Assembly: GCA_964391355.1 (NCBI GenBank)
Contig: CAYMJY010000001.1
Location: 4,340 to 68,339 of the forward strand
Direction of reading: 5' to 3'
DNA length: 64,000 bases
Source: an uncultured Dehalococcoidia bacterium
GTDB lineage: Bacteria > Chloroflexota > Dehalococcoidia > Lucifugimonadales > Australimonadaceae
Below the pieces are notes generated by a model. That model was not told the DNA's origin and ran no database searches. It saw only the letters and a list, made by a program, of their open reading frames with translations. Below, piece after piece: positions 35,079 through 44,908 of the stretch. The translations under genes were made by a program, and so were the position numbers. Positions within the stretch are counted from its first letter, which is position 1. Each line of letters opens with the position of its first letter.

Positions 35079-36965
35079 GTGGAAATTCGAAATATTGAAG
35101 TTACTTTAAAAGAGGTCGATAGTACTGGTACTCCAGTGGTCGAGATTGATGACCAAAAACTACCAATCTTTGGCGCAATTAAGGGGGAACGAGTACACAT
35201 CACTGCTCAAATATCCTCAAATAAAGCAAGTGAAATTCAATTGTCGCAAGTGATAGAAAAATCCATACACCGTGTGGATGCCCCTTGCATACATTTTGGT
35301 GAGTGTACCGGGTGTCAGTGGCAACATATCAGTTACCAACACCAACTATCAATGAAATACCAAATTGTTATAAATGCTTTTAAAGGGGTGAGGGATTTTG
35401 ATGTTAAGGACATTATGCCAACTCTTCCTAGCCCTAAACAATATGGATACCGTAACCATGCAAGGTTCACTGTTAGTAAAAGAGAAGGTCTCTTGGGTTT
35501 TATTAATAAAGAAAGCAGGTCACATATAGCAATATCAGAATGCAAAATCATGGACTGGCGAATTAACGAGATACTCGCCTCTATTCAAGGGAAAGTTAAT
35601 GAGACAGCGCAACTTGCTGTACGTGTAGGACAGCATACTGATTCGCGTATGGTCCAACCCCGCTTATTAACTTCAGATGTGCCAATAAACACAGGACAGG
35701 AATATTATCAAGAAAGGATTAAAGAGCGAACTTTCAGGATAGCGTCGCCTTCCTTTTTTCAAGTTAATACTGAACAGGCCGAGCATGTTGTTGACTTGGT
35801 TATCCAAGCTTTGCATTTAAAAGGCGATGAAGTAGTAATTGATGCTTACGCTGGTGTTGGTATATTCGCTGTAATGCTCGCACCTCATGTGAAAAAAGTA
35901 ATAGGGATTGAATATTCAGAGAAAGCTGTTTCCGATGCTGCATTTAATGCTCAAGGACTTCCTCAAGTGGAGTTCAAACTTGGTAAATCAGAAGTAGTTC
36001 TCAGGCAATTAACATCGCAACTAGATGATGTGGATGCAGTTATTTTGGATCCCCCTAGAAGTGGTTGTGAAAAGGAAGCACTTAAATCTTTGATTGACCT
36101 TGCACCTAGGCGAATTGTTTACGTCTCTTGTGAACCTGTTTCATTAGCGAGAGATATCGATATTCTTTTATCAGGTCCTTTCAAAATTGATAAAATTCAG
36201 CCTGTTGATATGTTTCCTCAAACACGTCACGTAGAGTGCATCGTTACATTAAATCGAGATCAGGAGAAAGTAGATATTCGATCAAATAGAGGGAATTTAG
36301 TTCTTGCATCGAAATCTCCTAGAAGGCAGGATATTTTAAGCCGACTAGGAATAAAATTTATTACTAACCATCCATCAGTTGTTGAGAAGCCAGAAGAAAA
36401 TGCCAAAGCTGATGACCTTGCAATTTCACGAGCCTTAGAGAAGGCTAGAACCGTGGCCAGAGGATTCACTAATGGGGTTGTGATTGGTGCCGACACAGTC
36501 GTCCAGTTAGGTGATTTGGTTCTAGGAAAACCTGCTGACCGTGCAGAAGCATTTAAGATGCTTAACTTGCTCCGCGATAGGGAGCATAACGTAATCACGG
36601 CGATAGCTCTAGTGGATGCTAATACAGATGAATATATAGTTGATCATCTAATATCCAGAGTACGCATGCGTAATTATTCGGAAAAAGAAATGACCGACTT
36701 CATTGAGACAGGACATTCTTTTGACAAAGCAGGAGCTTATGCGGTCCAAGATGAATTTTTCTACCCAGCAGCAGAAGTTTCAGGTTGTTATTTAAATGTG
36801 GTTGGCCTGCCGGTATGTAAGTTGGTAGAACTTTTTGAACAATTTGGAGTTCCTCCAATGATCAACGTTCAACAGGGATGGAAAGAGCTTGTTAGATGTC
36901 CTGCTTGTTCGAGAAAGATTACTAATATGAACATGGTTCAGAATAAAAAAGAGTCAGGTATTTAG
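35079..36965 (+). CDS. fusion protein: RumA/TrmA-family RNA (uracil-C5)-methyltransferase + Maf-like nucleoside-triphosphate pyrophosphatase
   Basis: 628-aa single ORF with a GTG start 7 nt after AAGGAG. Residues ~1-405 carry CIHFGECTGC plus a later Cys (Fe-S cluster pattern), DAYAGVGIFA, ILDPPRSGC, VYVSCEP and DMFPQTRHVE. Residues ~415-600 carry LVLASKSPRRQDIL, GADTVV, GKP, DKAGAYAVQD and NVVGLP (Maf). A short CPACS tail follows. Confidence 0.85.
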   Translation: MEIRNIEVTLKEVDSTGTPVVEIDDQKLPIFGAIKGERVHITAQISSNKASEIQLSQVIEKSIHRVDAPCIHFGECTGCQWQHISYQHQLSMKYQIVINAFKGVRDFDVKDIMPTLPSPKQYGYRNHARFTVSKREGLLGFINKESRSHIAISECKIMDWRINEILASIQGKVNETAQLAVRVGQHTDSRMVQPRLLTSDVPINTGQEYYQERIKERTFRIASPSFFQVNTEQAEHVVDLVIQALHLKGDEVVIDAYAGVGIFAVMLAPHVKKVIGIEYSEKAVSDAAFNAQGLPQVEFKLGKSEVVLRQLTSQLDDVDAVILDPPRSGCEKEALKSLIDLAPRRIVYVSCEPVSLARDIDILLSGPFKIDKIQPVDMFPQTRHVECIVTLNRDQEKVDIRSNRGNLVLASKSPRRQDILSRLGIKFITNHPSVVEKPEENAKADDLAISRALEKARTVARGFTNGVVIGADTVVQLGDLVLGKPADRAEAFKMLNLLRDREHNVITAIALVDANTDEYIVDHLISRVRMRNYSEKEMTDFIETGHSFDKAGAYAVQDEFFYPAAEVSGCYLNVVGLPVCKLVELFEQFGVPPMINVQQGWKELVRCPACSRKITNMNMVQNKKESGI

Positions 36966-36966
36966 A

Positions 36967-37263
36967 ATGGACATCTTAGGAATAGGAATCACGGAGATTG
37001 CTGTAATAATGGTTGTTGGGGTGATTTTCCTCGGTCCAGCTAAAATCGTAGAAATTGCAAGTAAGATGGGGTTTTATTGGCGAACGGCGCAAGGATTTCT
37101 GCGAGAGGCAGCCGATGCTGCAACTATTAAATTAGATCTTCCAGAATCCAACCCCGTACAACCCGAGTATAAAAATTTGGAAGAGCCTTCAGACTCAATT
37201 AAAAGGGCCGAGAAAGAACCTGACGAACCAGATTCAAAGAATTCCCTAGAAGAGAATAGATAA
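36967..37263 (+). CDS. Tat translocase TatA/B-family protein (TatB-like)
   Basis: 98-aa ORF with an N-terminal TM helix, an amphipathic helix (GITEIAVIMVVGVIFLGPAKIVEIASKMG) and an acidic tail. Directly upstream of tatC. Confidence 0.75.
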   Translation: MDILGIGITEIAVIMVVGVIFLGPAKIVEIASKMGFYWRTAQGFLREAADAATIKLDLPESNPVQPEYKNLEEPSDSIKRAEKEPDEPDSKNSLEENR

Positions 37264-37265
37264 TT

Positions 37266-37991
37266 ATGACGGCCGAAATGAGTTTGAGGGAACACCTAGA
37301 TGAGCTTAGGAGACGTTTGATTTGGGTCGTACTCTTTGTCATCCTTTCAATGGTTATTGCCTTTGTTTTTAGGGATCAGATTTTAGGTTTCTTATTAGAG
37401 CCAGGTTTTTCAAAATTAGATGAAAGACCAATAGCTACTGAGGTGCTTGAAGTAGTAGGTGTTACATTTAAAGTCACATTTATGGTTGGTCTGGTGGTTT
37501 CTTTGCCCGTTGTTATTTACCAGATAGTTCGTTTTGTATCACCTGGTTTGACTAAGAGAGAAAAGGTGTACCTTCTTTTTTTCATACCAGTAATTCTGAT
37601 AGCTTTTATAGCAGGGGCTGCATTTGCATACTACGTTTTATTCCCACCAGCTTTTGAATTTTTGTTCAATTTCGGCACTGACAATGTAGATCCTGAAATA
37701 CGTGTATCTAGCTATATCAACGTAGTGATTTCCCTTATGTTTTGGATGGGAACAGTATTTCAAATACCCTTGGTAATGTTCATTCTAGCAAGGGTTGGAG
37801 TCGTCACACCCAAGTGGTTAGGTAGGTTCAGAAAGTACGCAGTAGTACTAGCATTTATTGCAGCTGCAATAATTACACCGACTTTCGACCCTATAAACCA
37901 AACGCTAGTTGCAGTGCCAATAATTGTTCTTTACGAGATAGGTATTTTGATGGCGCGAATAGGCAGGCGTTTAAAACAAAGAAAATCTTAG
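37266..37991 (+). CDS. tatC: Tat translocase subunit TatC
   Basis: 241-aa ORF with six TM helices and the LREHLDELRRRLI N-terminus typical of TatC. Confidence 0.9.
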   Translation: MTAEMSLREHLDELRRRLIWVVLFVILSMVIAFVFRDQILGFLLEPGFSKLDERPIATEVLEVVGVTFKVTFMVGLVVSLPVVIYQIVRFVSPGLTKREKVYLLFFIPVILIAFIAGAAFAYYVLFPPAFEFLFNFGTDNVDPEIRVSSYINVVISLMFWMGTVFQIPLVMFILARVGVVTPKWLGRFRKYAVVLAFIAAAIITPTFDPINQTLVAVPIIVLYEIGILMARIGRRLKQRKS

Positions 37992-38188
37992 TTCTTTTTT
38001 TTCTTTGAAGTAACTTCAGGAACAGTTTTTTCTTCGACACTTGATTCATCAGAGGTCACTGATTTTCTGAACTCCCTAATCCCACGGCCAATAGCACCGC
38101 CGACTTCAGGAACCCGGCTTGCACCAAAAATCACTAAAACGATCACTAAGATAATTGTCAATTCTGGCCATCCAATACCGAAAGGCAT
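37988..38188 (-). CDS. tatA: Tat translocase subunit TatA
   Basis: 66-aa ORF MPFGIGWPELTIILVIVLVIFGASRVPEVGGAIGRGIREFRKS. Its 3' end overlaps the tatC end by 4 nt in convergent orientation. Confidence 0.85.
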   Translation of the reverse strand: MPFGIGWPELTIILVIVLVIFGASRVPEVGGAIGRGIREFRKSVTSDESSVEEKTVPEVTSKKKKN

Positions 38189-38227
38189 ATTTTTCTCCTG
38201 CTCTGAATTAATTTCAGTAATGATACG

Positions 38228-38791
38228 CTAGCGCACACCTCTTACCAAAACAACCCCTGTTAACAATGCAAAGATACCTAATGCGCGTAACAAGTCAAAT
38301 CTATGGATCGCACCACCAAAAGTTCCAAAATGGTCATGAACAACGGCCCCGGCCATTTGCCCTGCCAATACGATTACGAGATAAAGGCCTACTCCAATTT
38401 TAGGTCCAATAAAACCAGCACCAATTAGGAAAGGTAAAGCAAATAATCCAGTTATAGCAAAATAGATATTTAAACCTCGCATCACTACTAATAGCACAAC
38501 CATAGATAGTGACCCTAATACGACATAAAAAGTCAAACGGTCTAAAGGCTGGGGCAATGATATATTCCCTTGCCTGATTGCAAGAATACTTAGGATGATC
38601 GCAACGCCCAAGATAGTTGATACTAGGGAAGTAAAGGCACCTTCAACAGAACCTCGTGACTTCGAAATTGCAGAAATCATTACGAGTTGAGTGGCGTTTC
38701 CAAATCCTATTGTGAAAGCTAGTACTAAGTAAAAAATTTCTAACAATGAATCTCCTAGGCTCTTATTATATTTTACCGACTGTACTGGCAC
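38228..38791 (-). CDS. DMT-superfamily membrane protein (DUF606/YdcZ-like)
   Basis: Hydrophobic 187-aa ORF with LAGQMAGAVVHDHFGTFGG, resembling the DUF606 signature. The exact start is uncertain because the ORF overlaps the holA end. Confidence 0.6.
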   Translation of the reverse strand: MPVQSVKYNKSLGDSLLEIFYLVLAFTIGFGNATQLVMISAISKSRGSVEGAFTSLVSTILGVAIILSILAIRQGNISLPQPLDRLTFYVVLGSLSMVVLLVVMRGLNIYFAITGLFALPFLIGAGFIGPKIGVGLYLVIVLAGQMAGAVVHDHFGTFGGAIHRFDLLRALGIFALLTGVVLVRGVR

Positions 38792-39821
38792 GCGCTATTA
38801 AATCAAATAAAATTGCAGATTCTGAGTTCTGGCTGGATTTTATTCCGAGGTCAGCTTCTATTAGCAAACTATAAAGACGCTTTACATCATGAATAGTTAA
38901 TGCCTTCGACTGTTGAACTGTTTTCCTTACTACAAAGTCAGAATTCGTTCCCAATGATGATTTCCAATCTTTACTCGGGACACCTGAACTTGAAAGGTCA
39001 TGAACCAAAGCAATTAATCTCACCTGACGTGCAAGCATTGTTATTAAATAAGACGACGAATACGTAGAAGAAACACCGGTGCCCATTATTGTGCCGAGTA
39101 ACCTTATTGATTTTTCGGTCTTCCCTTCAACCATTGAGTCAACTAACTCAAATATATTTGTATCGCGAGCGCCTGAGGTTATTTGTTCAATATCTTCGGT
39201 TTCTATGTTTTGGTTGTATTTATAGATAGAGAGTTTTTCAAGTTCATTTTCCATGCTCCATAGGTCATCTCCAACTAGTTCAGCCAATAAATTCACAGCT
39301 GGCTGTGAAATACTAGCTCCTTTATCTCGAACTCGGCTGGTGATCCATTCAAACAGAGCTTGCCCCTGTAATCTTCTAAATTCCTTAATCACTATTTTTT
39401 CGTTGCCATTAGCTGTTTTAGGAAGGAGTTTTTTGAACATTTCCCACATGGGATTAGAATCGGAAGTTTTGCTTTCTAGAAAAACAACATCAGTTGTGAG
39501 GGGCATTTCAACCAAAAGTAAATAGAGATCGTTGGTTATAGAATCTGCCTTCGTAGTTTCTTTATTGTTCGATCTCTTTCTTCTATTTTGACTTTGGTTT
39601 TTTTCGAACTTCATGAAAAGGTCTCGAACAATGACTAACCTTTTTCCAGATATAAATGGGGCTACCATCGCAGCAGAACCAAAAGTATCAATTGTGAAAT
39701 CTCTACCATCGATTGAAGTTACGTTAGCGTCTTGAATATCTTTTGTACCAACGAGTTCAATGAGTTCGTGCAAGGCTTCATTTGCAGAAAAGTTGTTATC
39801 GCCGTGAAAAACGTAAATCAA
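38766..39821 (-). CDS. holA: DNA polymerase III subunit delta
   Basis: 351-aa ORF starting MIYVFHGDNNFSANEALHELIEL... with the overall HolA pattern (FISGKRLVIVRD). Confidence 0.8.
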   Translation of the reverse strand: MIYVFHGDNNFSANEALHELIELVGTKDIQDANVTSIDGRDFTIDTFGSAAMVAPFISGKRLVIVRDLFMKFEKNQSQNRRKRSNNKETTKADSITNDLYLLLVEMPLTTDVVFLESKTSDSNPMWEMFKKLLPKTANGNEKIVIKEFRRLQGQALFEWITSRVRDKGASISQPAVNLLAELVGDDLWSMENELEKLSIYKYNQNIETEDIEQITSGARDTNIFELVDSMVEGKTEKSIRLLGTIMGTGVSSTYSSSYLITMLARQVRLIALVHDLSSSGVPSKDWKSSLGTNSDFVVRKTVQQSKALTIHDVKRLYSLLIEADLGIKSSQNSESAILFDLIARASTVGKI

Positions 39822-39898
39822 AAGAATCCCTCATCATTTTTGGAGTAATTAAAGAATCATTTATACTTATAACCAAACCACCTCAGTTGAGTATTTTT

Positions 39899-40207
39899 AT
39901 GAAAATTATAGCAAGTTTGTTAAGAATGATTTATTTAATGATTCACCCCAGGGTGCCTTTGAAGGTGAAGCTTATTCCTATCATTGGTATTCTCTACCTT
40001 TTCTGGCCTCGTGACATACTAATGGACTTTACATTTGCGATTGGGTTTTTTGACGATCTGATTGTTTTAATGCTTTTAACTAGTATTTTTGTAAAAATGG
40101 CATCGAGGAAATTAAACCAAAGGCAAGATCCTGAAAATGGAACGAAAGTCGTTGACGTTAAATATCAGGTAATTAGCAAAGATGATAAGGAAAACACACA
40201 AAAGTGA
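39899..40207 (+). CDS. DUF1232 (YkvA-like) membrane protein
   Basis: MKIIASLLRMIYLMIHPRVPLKVKLIPIIGILYLFWPRDILMDFTFAIGFFDDLIV. The start is moved to ATG 39899, because the track's 39782 start overlaps holA. Confidence 0.65.
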   Translation: MKIIASLLRMIYLMIHPRVPLKVKLIPIIGILYLFWPRDILMDFTFAIGFFDDLIVLMLLTSIFVKMASRKLNQRQDPENGTKVVDVKYQVISKDDKENTQK

Positions 40208-40288
40208 AATTTAAGTTATCGTTGTTGTAAATTTTCTAAGGCTACTATTTGTTTCGCCCTAGAATAACTCAAGTTTCGGAGGTAACGC

Positions 40289-41983
40289 ATGAATCCCCTC
40301 AAACCCAGAAGTTCAGAAATGACAGATGGGCCTTCACGGGCAGGAGCCCGTTCGATGCTGAAGTCGATTGGATATACAGATTCTGATCTAGCAAAACCTA
40401 TCATTGGCGTAGCAAATATGTGGATCGAAACGATGCCTTGCAATTTTAACCATCGTGAAATGTCACAATATGTGAAAGAAGGAATTAGAGCTGCAGGTGG
40501 CACACCAATGGAAATCAACACGATTTCTGTTTCCGATGGTGTTTCAATGGGCACTGAAGGTATGAAGGGATCTCTAATCAGTCGCGAAGTTATTGTAGAT
40601 TCTATTGAAATTGCATCGAGAGGACATTCATTCGATGGACTCGTTATTTTAGTTGCATGTGATAAGACAATTCCGGCAGGGGCTATGGCTCTCGCAAGGC
40701 TGAATATACCAGGTTTGACGTTTTATACCGGTTCGATTTTGCCTGGAATACACAACGGAAAAAAAGTCACTGTCCAAGATGTATATGAAGCAGTAGGGGC
40801 ACATGCTGCAGGGAAGATAACAGATGCTGCATTAAAATCTTTGGAGGACGTCGCATGTCCTGGAGCTGGTGCGTGCGGAGGACAATTCACAGCTAATACT
40901 ATGGCGATGGCTTTGGAATTCTTAGGGATCAGCCCTGCTGGATTAAGCGCTTCCCCTGCTGTAGGTGAAGAGAAGAAGAATGATGCTCGTAGAGCAGGAG
41001 AATTGGCAGTCAAACTGTTAGAAGATGGAATTTTACCAAGAGATGTAATGACTCGCGATGCTTTTGAGAATGCAATTGCATGTGTCGCGGCTACTGGAGG
41101 TTCAACAAATGCAGCTCTGCATCTAATCGCAATAGCTCGCGAGGTTGGAATACCTCTCTCTATCGACGAATTTGATGCAGTTATGGCTAGGACACCTATC
41201 ATAGCAAGTCTGAAACCGGGTGGTGAATTTGTAGCACAGGATCTACATGAAGCCGGTGGGTATGGCGTGATAGCCAAAGAGTTGTTGGCAGCAGAATTGG
41301 CACATCCTTCAGTTTTGAACGTGGATGGAAGATCTTTAACCCAGGTAGCTGAATCAACAAAAGAAACCCCTGGTCAAAAAGTTGTAGTGTCCGCCTCTAA
41401 AGCTTTTAAAAATTGGGGAGGATTGGCCATTTTACGAGGTAACCTGTCACCCGAAGGTTCAGTTGTTAAATTGGCAGGACATGACAGGCTAACCCATAAA
41501 GGACCTGCGAAGGTTTTTGATAGTGAAAAACAAGCATTTGCTGCAGTGCAAAATGGACTAATTGTTAATGGTGATGTGGTGGTAATTAGGTATGAAGGCC
41601 CAGCAGGTGGACCAGGAATGCAAGAGATGTTAGGTGTTACTGCTGCGCTCGTGGGTAGAGGTATTGATGAAGAAGTTGCGCTCATCACAGATGGTCGATT
41701 TTCGGGAGCTACCCATGGTTTCACAGTTGGTCATATAGCACCAGAAGCATTTCGTGGAGGGCCCATTGCGCTAATTAGGGACGGCGATATTATAGTAATC
41801 GATGTAGAAAACAGGCGCTTGGATGTTGAATTACCAGAAGAGGAATTAGCTAAAAGGCATAGCGAATGGAAGCAACCTGAACCTAGATATAAGACTGGGG
41901 TAATGGCAAAATACGCTAAGACTGTTTCCTCTCCAAGCGATGGTGCAATAACTAGCCCTGGTTTACAGGGCAGTATCTGGTAA
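40289..41983 (+). CDS. ilvD: dihydroxy-acid dehydratase
   Basis: 564-aa ORF with [43 protein letters not shown] and [11 protein letters not shown]. Confidence 0.93.
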   Translation: MNPLKPRSSEMTDGPSRAGARSMLKSIGYTDSDLAKPIIGVANMWIETMPCNFNHREMSQYVKEGIRAAGGTPMEINTISVSDGVSMGTEGMKGSLISREVIVDSIEIASRGHSFDGLVILVACDKTIPAGAMALARLNIPGLTFYTGSILPGIHNGKKVTVQDVYEAVGAHAAGKITDAALKSLEDVACPGAGACGGQFTANTMAMALEFLGISPAGLSASPAVGEEKKNDARRAGELAVKLLEDGILPRDVMTRDAFENAIACVAATGGSTNAALHLIAIAREVGIPLSIDEFDAVMARTPIIASLKPGGEFVAQDLHEAGGYGVIAKELLAAELAHPSVLNVDGRSLTQVAESTKETPGQKVVVSASKAFKNWGGLAILRGNLSPEGSVVKLAGHDRLTHKGPAKVFDSEKQAFAAVQNGLIVNGDVVVIRYEGPAGGPGMQEMLGVTAALVGRGIDEEVALITDGRFSGATHGFTVGHIAPEAFRGGPIALIRDGDIIVIDVENRRLDVELPEEELAKRHSEWKQPEPRYKTGVMAKYAKTVSSPSDGAITSPGLQGSIW

Positions 41984-41999
41984 ACCTAATTACAGGGGC

Positions 42000-42782
42000 T
42001 TATCTAAACTCTGCTTCGACTATGCCCAGGTGACCAAAGTCTGTAATAACCCTATCACCTTGCTGTATTTTGACTTGCCGGGTCATAGACCCAGTCATTA
42101 TTAATTCGTCTTTACGTAAGCTTCGGTCAAATTGAAAAAGGGTATTTGCAAGCCAAATTAATGAAAGGACTGGATCGCCCATTACGTTCTCACTGATACC
42201 TTCTTCAACTAACTGTTCGTTTATATAAACTTTCGCTTTAAGGCCCAGTAATTCTGTCTGTTTGTACGGATAAGGTTTGCCTAAAACTATTGCTTTTTGC
42301 TGACTGTTATCTGCAACTGCTAAAGCGAGTTGTTTAGTAAAATCTCCACGAGTCTCCGGTATTTCAATAGCAGGAATTACTTCTGCAATTGCCGATACTG
42401 CATCTAAGTATTTTATATCTGGACCTATCAGATCTTTATTGAGCCGAAAACAAATTTCGTTTTCAATTGATGGTTCTATCAGGTTCGGGAAATCAAAAAT
42501 CTGTGGAGACGAAAAAAACCCATCGTTCTCCCCATCTATCACTACATTGCCAAAAACCGGTTCTGAGACCTTGAATTGATCTCGCATGAGCTGACTTGTA
42601 AGACCAACCTTCCAACCGGTTAACTCCGCTCCATTTTGGATTCTACGATCAAGGATACCGAGCTGAATGCCGTATGCTTGGTTTATATTTATATGGTCTG
42701 CCCAATCTTGAGGAAAATGGATTCCTTGGTTTCTTTTACGCCAAAAATCAGAAACTAAGCTTGCCAGGATTTTGCTGCTCAT
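42000..42782 (-). CDS. 2-keto-4-pentenoate hydratase / hydratase-decarboxylase family protein (paralog of 31580)
   Basis: 260-aa ORF with AYGIQLGILDRRIQNGAELTGWKVGLTSQLMR. Substrate unknown. Confidence 0.75.
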   Translation of the reverse strand: MSSKILASLVSDFWRKRNQGIHFPQDWADHININQAYGIQLGILDRRIQNGAELTGWKVGLTSQLMRDQFKVSEPVFGNVVIDGENDGFFSSPQIFDFPNLIEPSIENEICFRLNKDLIGPDIKYLDAVSAIAEVIPAIEIPETRGDFTKQLALAVADNSQQKAIVLGKPYPYKQTELLGLKAKVYINEQLVEEGISENVMGDPVLSLIWLANTLFQFDRSLRKDELIMTGSMTRQVKIQQGDRVITDFGHLGIVEAEFR

Positions 42783-42783
42783 C

Positions 42784-43578
42784 CTACGACACTCCTTTGA
42801 ATTGGCCTCCGTCGATAAGAATATTTTGGCCAGTTATAAACCCAGCTTTATCAGAAGCTAAAAAGCAAATAAGATCAGCAGCTTCTTCAGCTTTCCCAAA
42901 TCTATATGCAGGGATTTGTGTTTTCCTTAATTCCATTGCATCCTGAATCGGAGCTCCTCTTTTTTTAGCTTGCATTTCAGCAACTACTTTTAGACGTTCT
43001 GTTTCAATGGAACCGGGCAGAATTGTGTTGACTGTAATGTTGCTTGATGCTAACTCAGTAGATAGAACCTTCGAATATGACGATGCGGCTGTACGTGAAA
43101 CTGTAGAAAGGGCGAGATTCTCTTCAGGCTGTTTAATTGAAAGCGAAAGTACGCTTAAAATTCTTCCAAAATGATTTTTTTTCATAACTGGAATAACTAA
43201 TTGACTCATCCTCACAACGCTCAAGAAGTTTAACTCGATAGCTTGGTACCAAAGTTCGTCTGTCAAACCTGTGGGATCCCCAGGTGGAGGACCTCCTAAA
43301 TTGTTAATTACAATATCAATCCGACCCCAATGTGAGGAAGTTCGGTTGACAACATTTTCGATCTCATCTTTTTTAGAGAGATCAGCAGGTATGGTGAGCA
43401 CTTTTGACGATCCATGTGCATTGGCGATTTTTTCTGCTGCTGCTTCAAGCTGTTCAGAGCCGCGAGCTACCATCGCAACAAAAACACCTTCACGCGCTAA
43501 TGCTTCAGCAGTAGCAAAGCCAATACCTTTACTCGCACCACCAATGATTGCAACTCTGCCTTCGATGCCAAGATCCAT
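42784..43578 (-). CDS. short-chain dehydrogenase/reductase (SDR)
   Basis: GRVAIIGGASKGIGFATA and the classical SDR layout. It starts 1 nt upstream of the hydratase gene. Confidence 0.85.
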   Translation of the reverse strand: MDLGIEGRVAIIGGASKGIGFATAEALAREGVFVAMVARGSEQLEAAAEKIANAHGSSKVLTIPADLSKKDEIENVVNRTSSHWGRIDIVINNLGGPPPGDPTGLTDELWYQAIELNFLSVVRMSQLVIPVMKKNHFGRILSVLSLSIKQPEENLALSTVSRTAASSYSKVLSTELASSNITVNTILPGSIETERLKVVAEMQAKKRGAPIQDAMELRKTQIPAYRFGKAEEAADLICFLASDKAGFITGQNILIDGGQFKGVS

Positions 43579-43679
43579 AATATGCTCCTTCCATCAGGAT
43601 GATAGCTTAATATCGTATTTTTGATATTCTAATTAAACTGATAATTATAAATAGTATTCAAAACATTTGACCAAGGAGT

Positions 43680-44903
43680 ATGAAAATGATCGGACCATTA
43701 CAGGGGTTACGAATTTTAGATTTAACCCGTGTGCTTTCTGGGCCATTTTGCACAATGTTACTTGCGGATTTAGGTGCCGAGGTTATCAAAATTGAAGAAC
43801 CTGTGGTGGGGGACCCAGCAAGAGGTAACGGTCCATTTTTATCTAGTAAAGACGCTGGTGAAACTACATACAGCACCTATTTTATGAGTATTAACCGAGG
43901 CAAATCTTCTGTTTCAATTGATTTGTCAAAAGATAAAGGACGTAATCTTTTTTTTGATTTGGTTAAATCTTCAGACGTAGTAATAGAAAACTTTCGCCCA
44001 GGCACCGCTAAAAAGCTGGGTGTTGATTATGAGAAAATACAATCAATCAATCCTCAATCTATTGTGGCTTCTATTTCAGGATTTGGCCAAACCGGCCCAT
44101 ACTCTTCGAGACCTGCACTTGATGTGATTGTTCAGGGTATGGGGGGACTAATGAGTATTACAGGTGAATTAGGAGGTGGCCCGATTAGGGCTGGGACGAG
44201 TATTGGGGATATAACAGCTGCATTATTTACAACTGTTGCTATATTGGCCGCACTGAGAGAACGCGAACTATCTGGCAAAGGACAGTATATCGACATTAGC
44301 ATGATGGATTGTCAGGTTGCTATATTGGAAAATGCTTTCTCCCGCTATTTTTCCCAAGGCGAAATACCTACAAGGATCGGTACTAGACATCCATCTGCAA
44401 CACCTTTTCAAGCATTCAAGACAGCAGACGGTTACGTAGTTGTTGCAATTATGGGAGGTTCCACTGAACAATGGCCACTGTTTTGCGCCGCTATAGATCA
44501 CCCTGAATTAATGGATGACCCTCGGTACGGAACGGGGTGGGATCGCACACAGCGTTACGACGAGCTTATCCCAGTAATTGAAAAAGCAATGTTAATGAAG
44601 ACGACACAGGAGTGGGTTGAAATACTTGGAGACTTAGGGATTCCTGTGGGACCCGTTCAGGATATTGCCCAAGTTGCAAACGACCCTCAAATTTTGGAAA
44701 GAAATATGATCGTAGATTTTGAACATCCTTCCCTTGGCGTTATGAAGAGTACTGGGAATCCAATCAAATTTTCTCGGACCAGCGTAACTCCTAACATGAT
44801 TGCTCCTTCACTAGGTGAGCAAACAAATCAAATTTTATCTAATTTGCTGAATTTATCTCTGGATGAACTAGAGCAACTTAGAAAAGAAGAGGTAATTCAA
44901 TAG
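43680..44903 (+). CDS. family III CoA-transferase (CaiB/BaiF family)
   Basis: GPLQGLRILDLTRVLSGPFCTMLLADLGAEVIKIE and a 407-aa length. Preceded by AAGGAG. Confidence 0.88.
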   Translation: MKMIGPLQGLRILDLTRVLSGPFCTMLLADLGAEVIKIEEPVVGDPARGNGPFLSSKDAGETTYSTYFMSINRGKSSVSIDLSKDKGRNLFFDLVKSSDVVIENFRPGTAKKLGVDYEKIQSINPQSIVASISGFGQTGPYSSRPALDVIVQGMGGLMSITGELGGGPIRAGTSIGDITAALFTTVAILAALRERELSGKGQYIDISMMDCQVAILENAFSRYFSQGEIPTRIGTRHPSATPFQAFKTADGYVVVAIMGGSTEQWPLFCAAIDHPELMDDPRYGTGWDRTQRYDELIPVIEKAMLMKTTQEWVEILGDLGIPVGPVQDIAQVANDPQILERNMIVDFEHPSLGVMKSTGNPIKFSRTSVTPNMIAPSLGEQTNQILSNLLNLSLDELEQLRKEEVIQ

Positions 44904-44908
44904 TTTGT

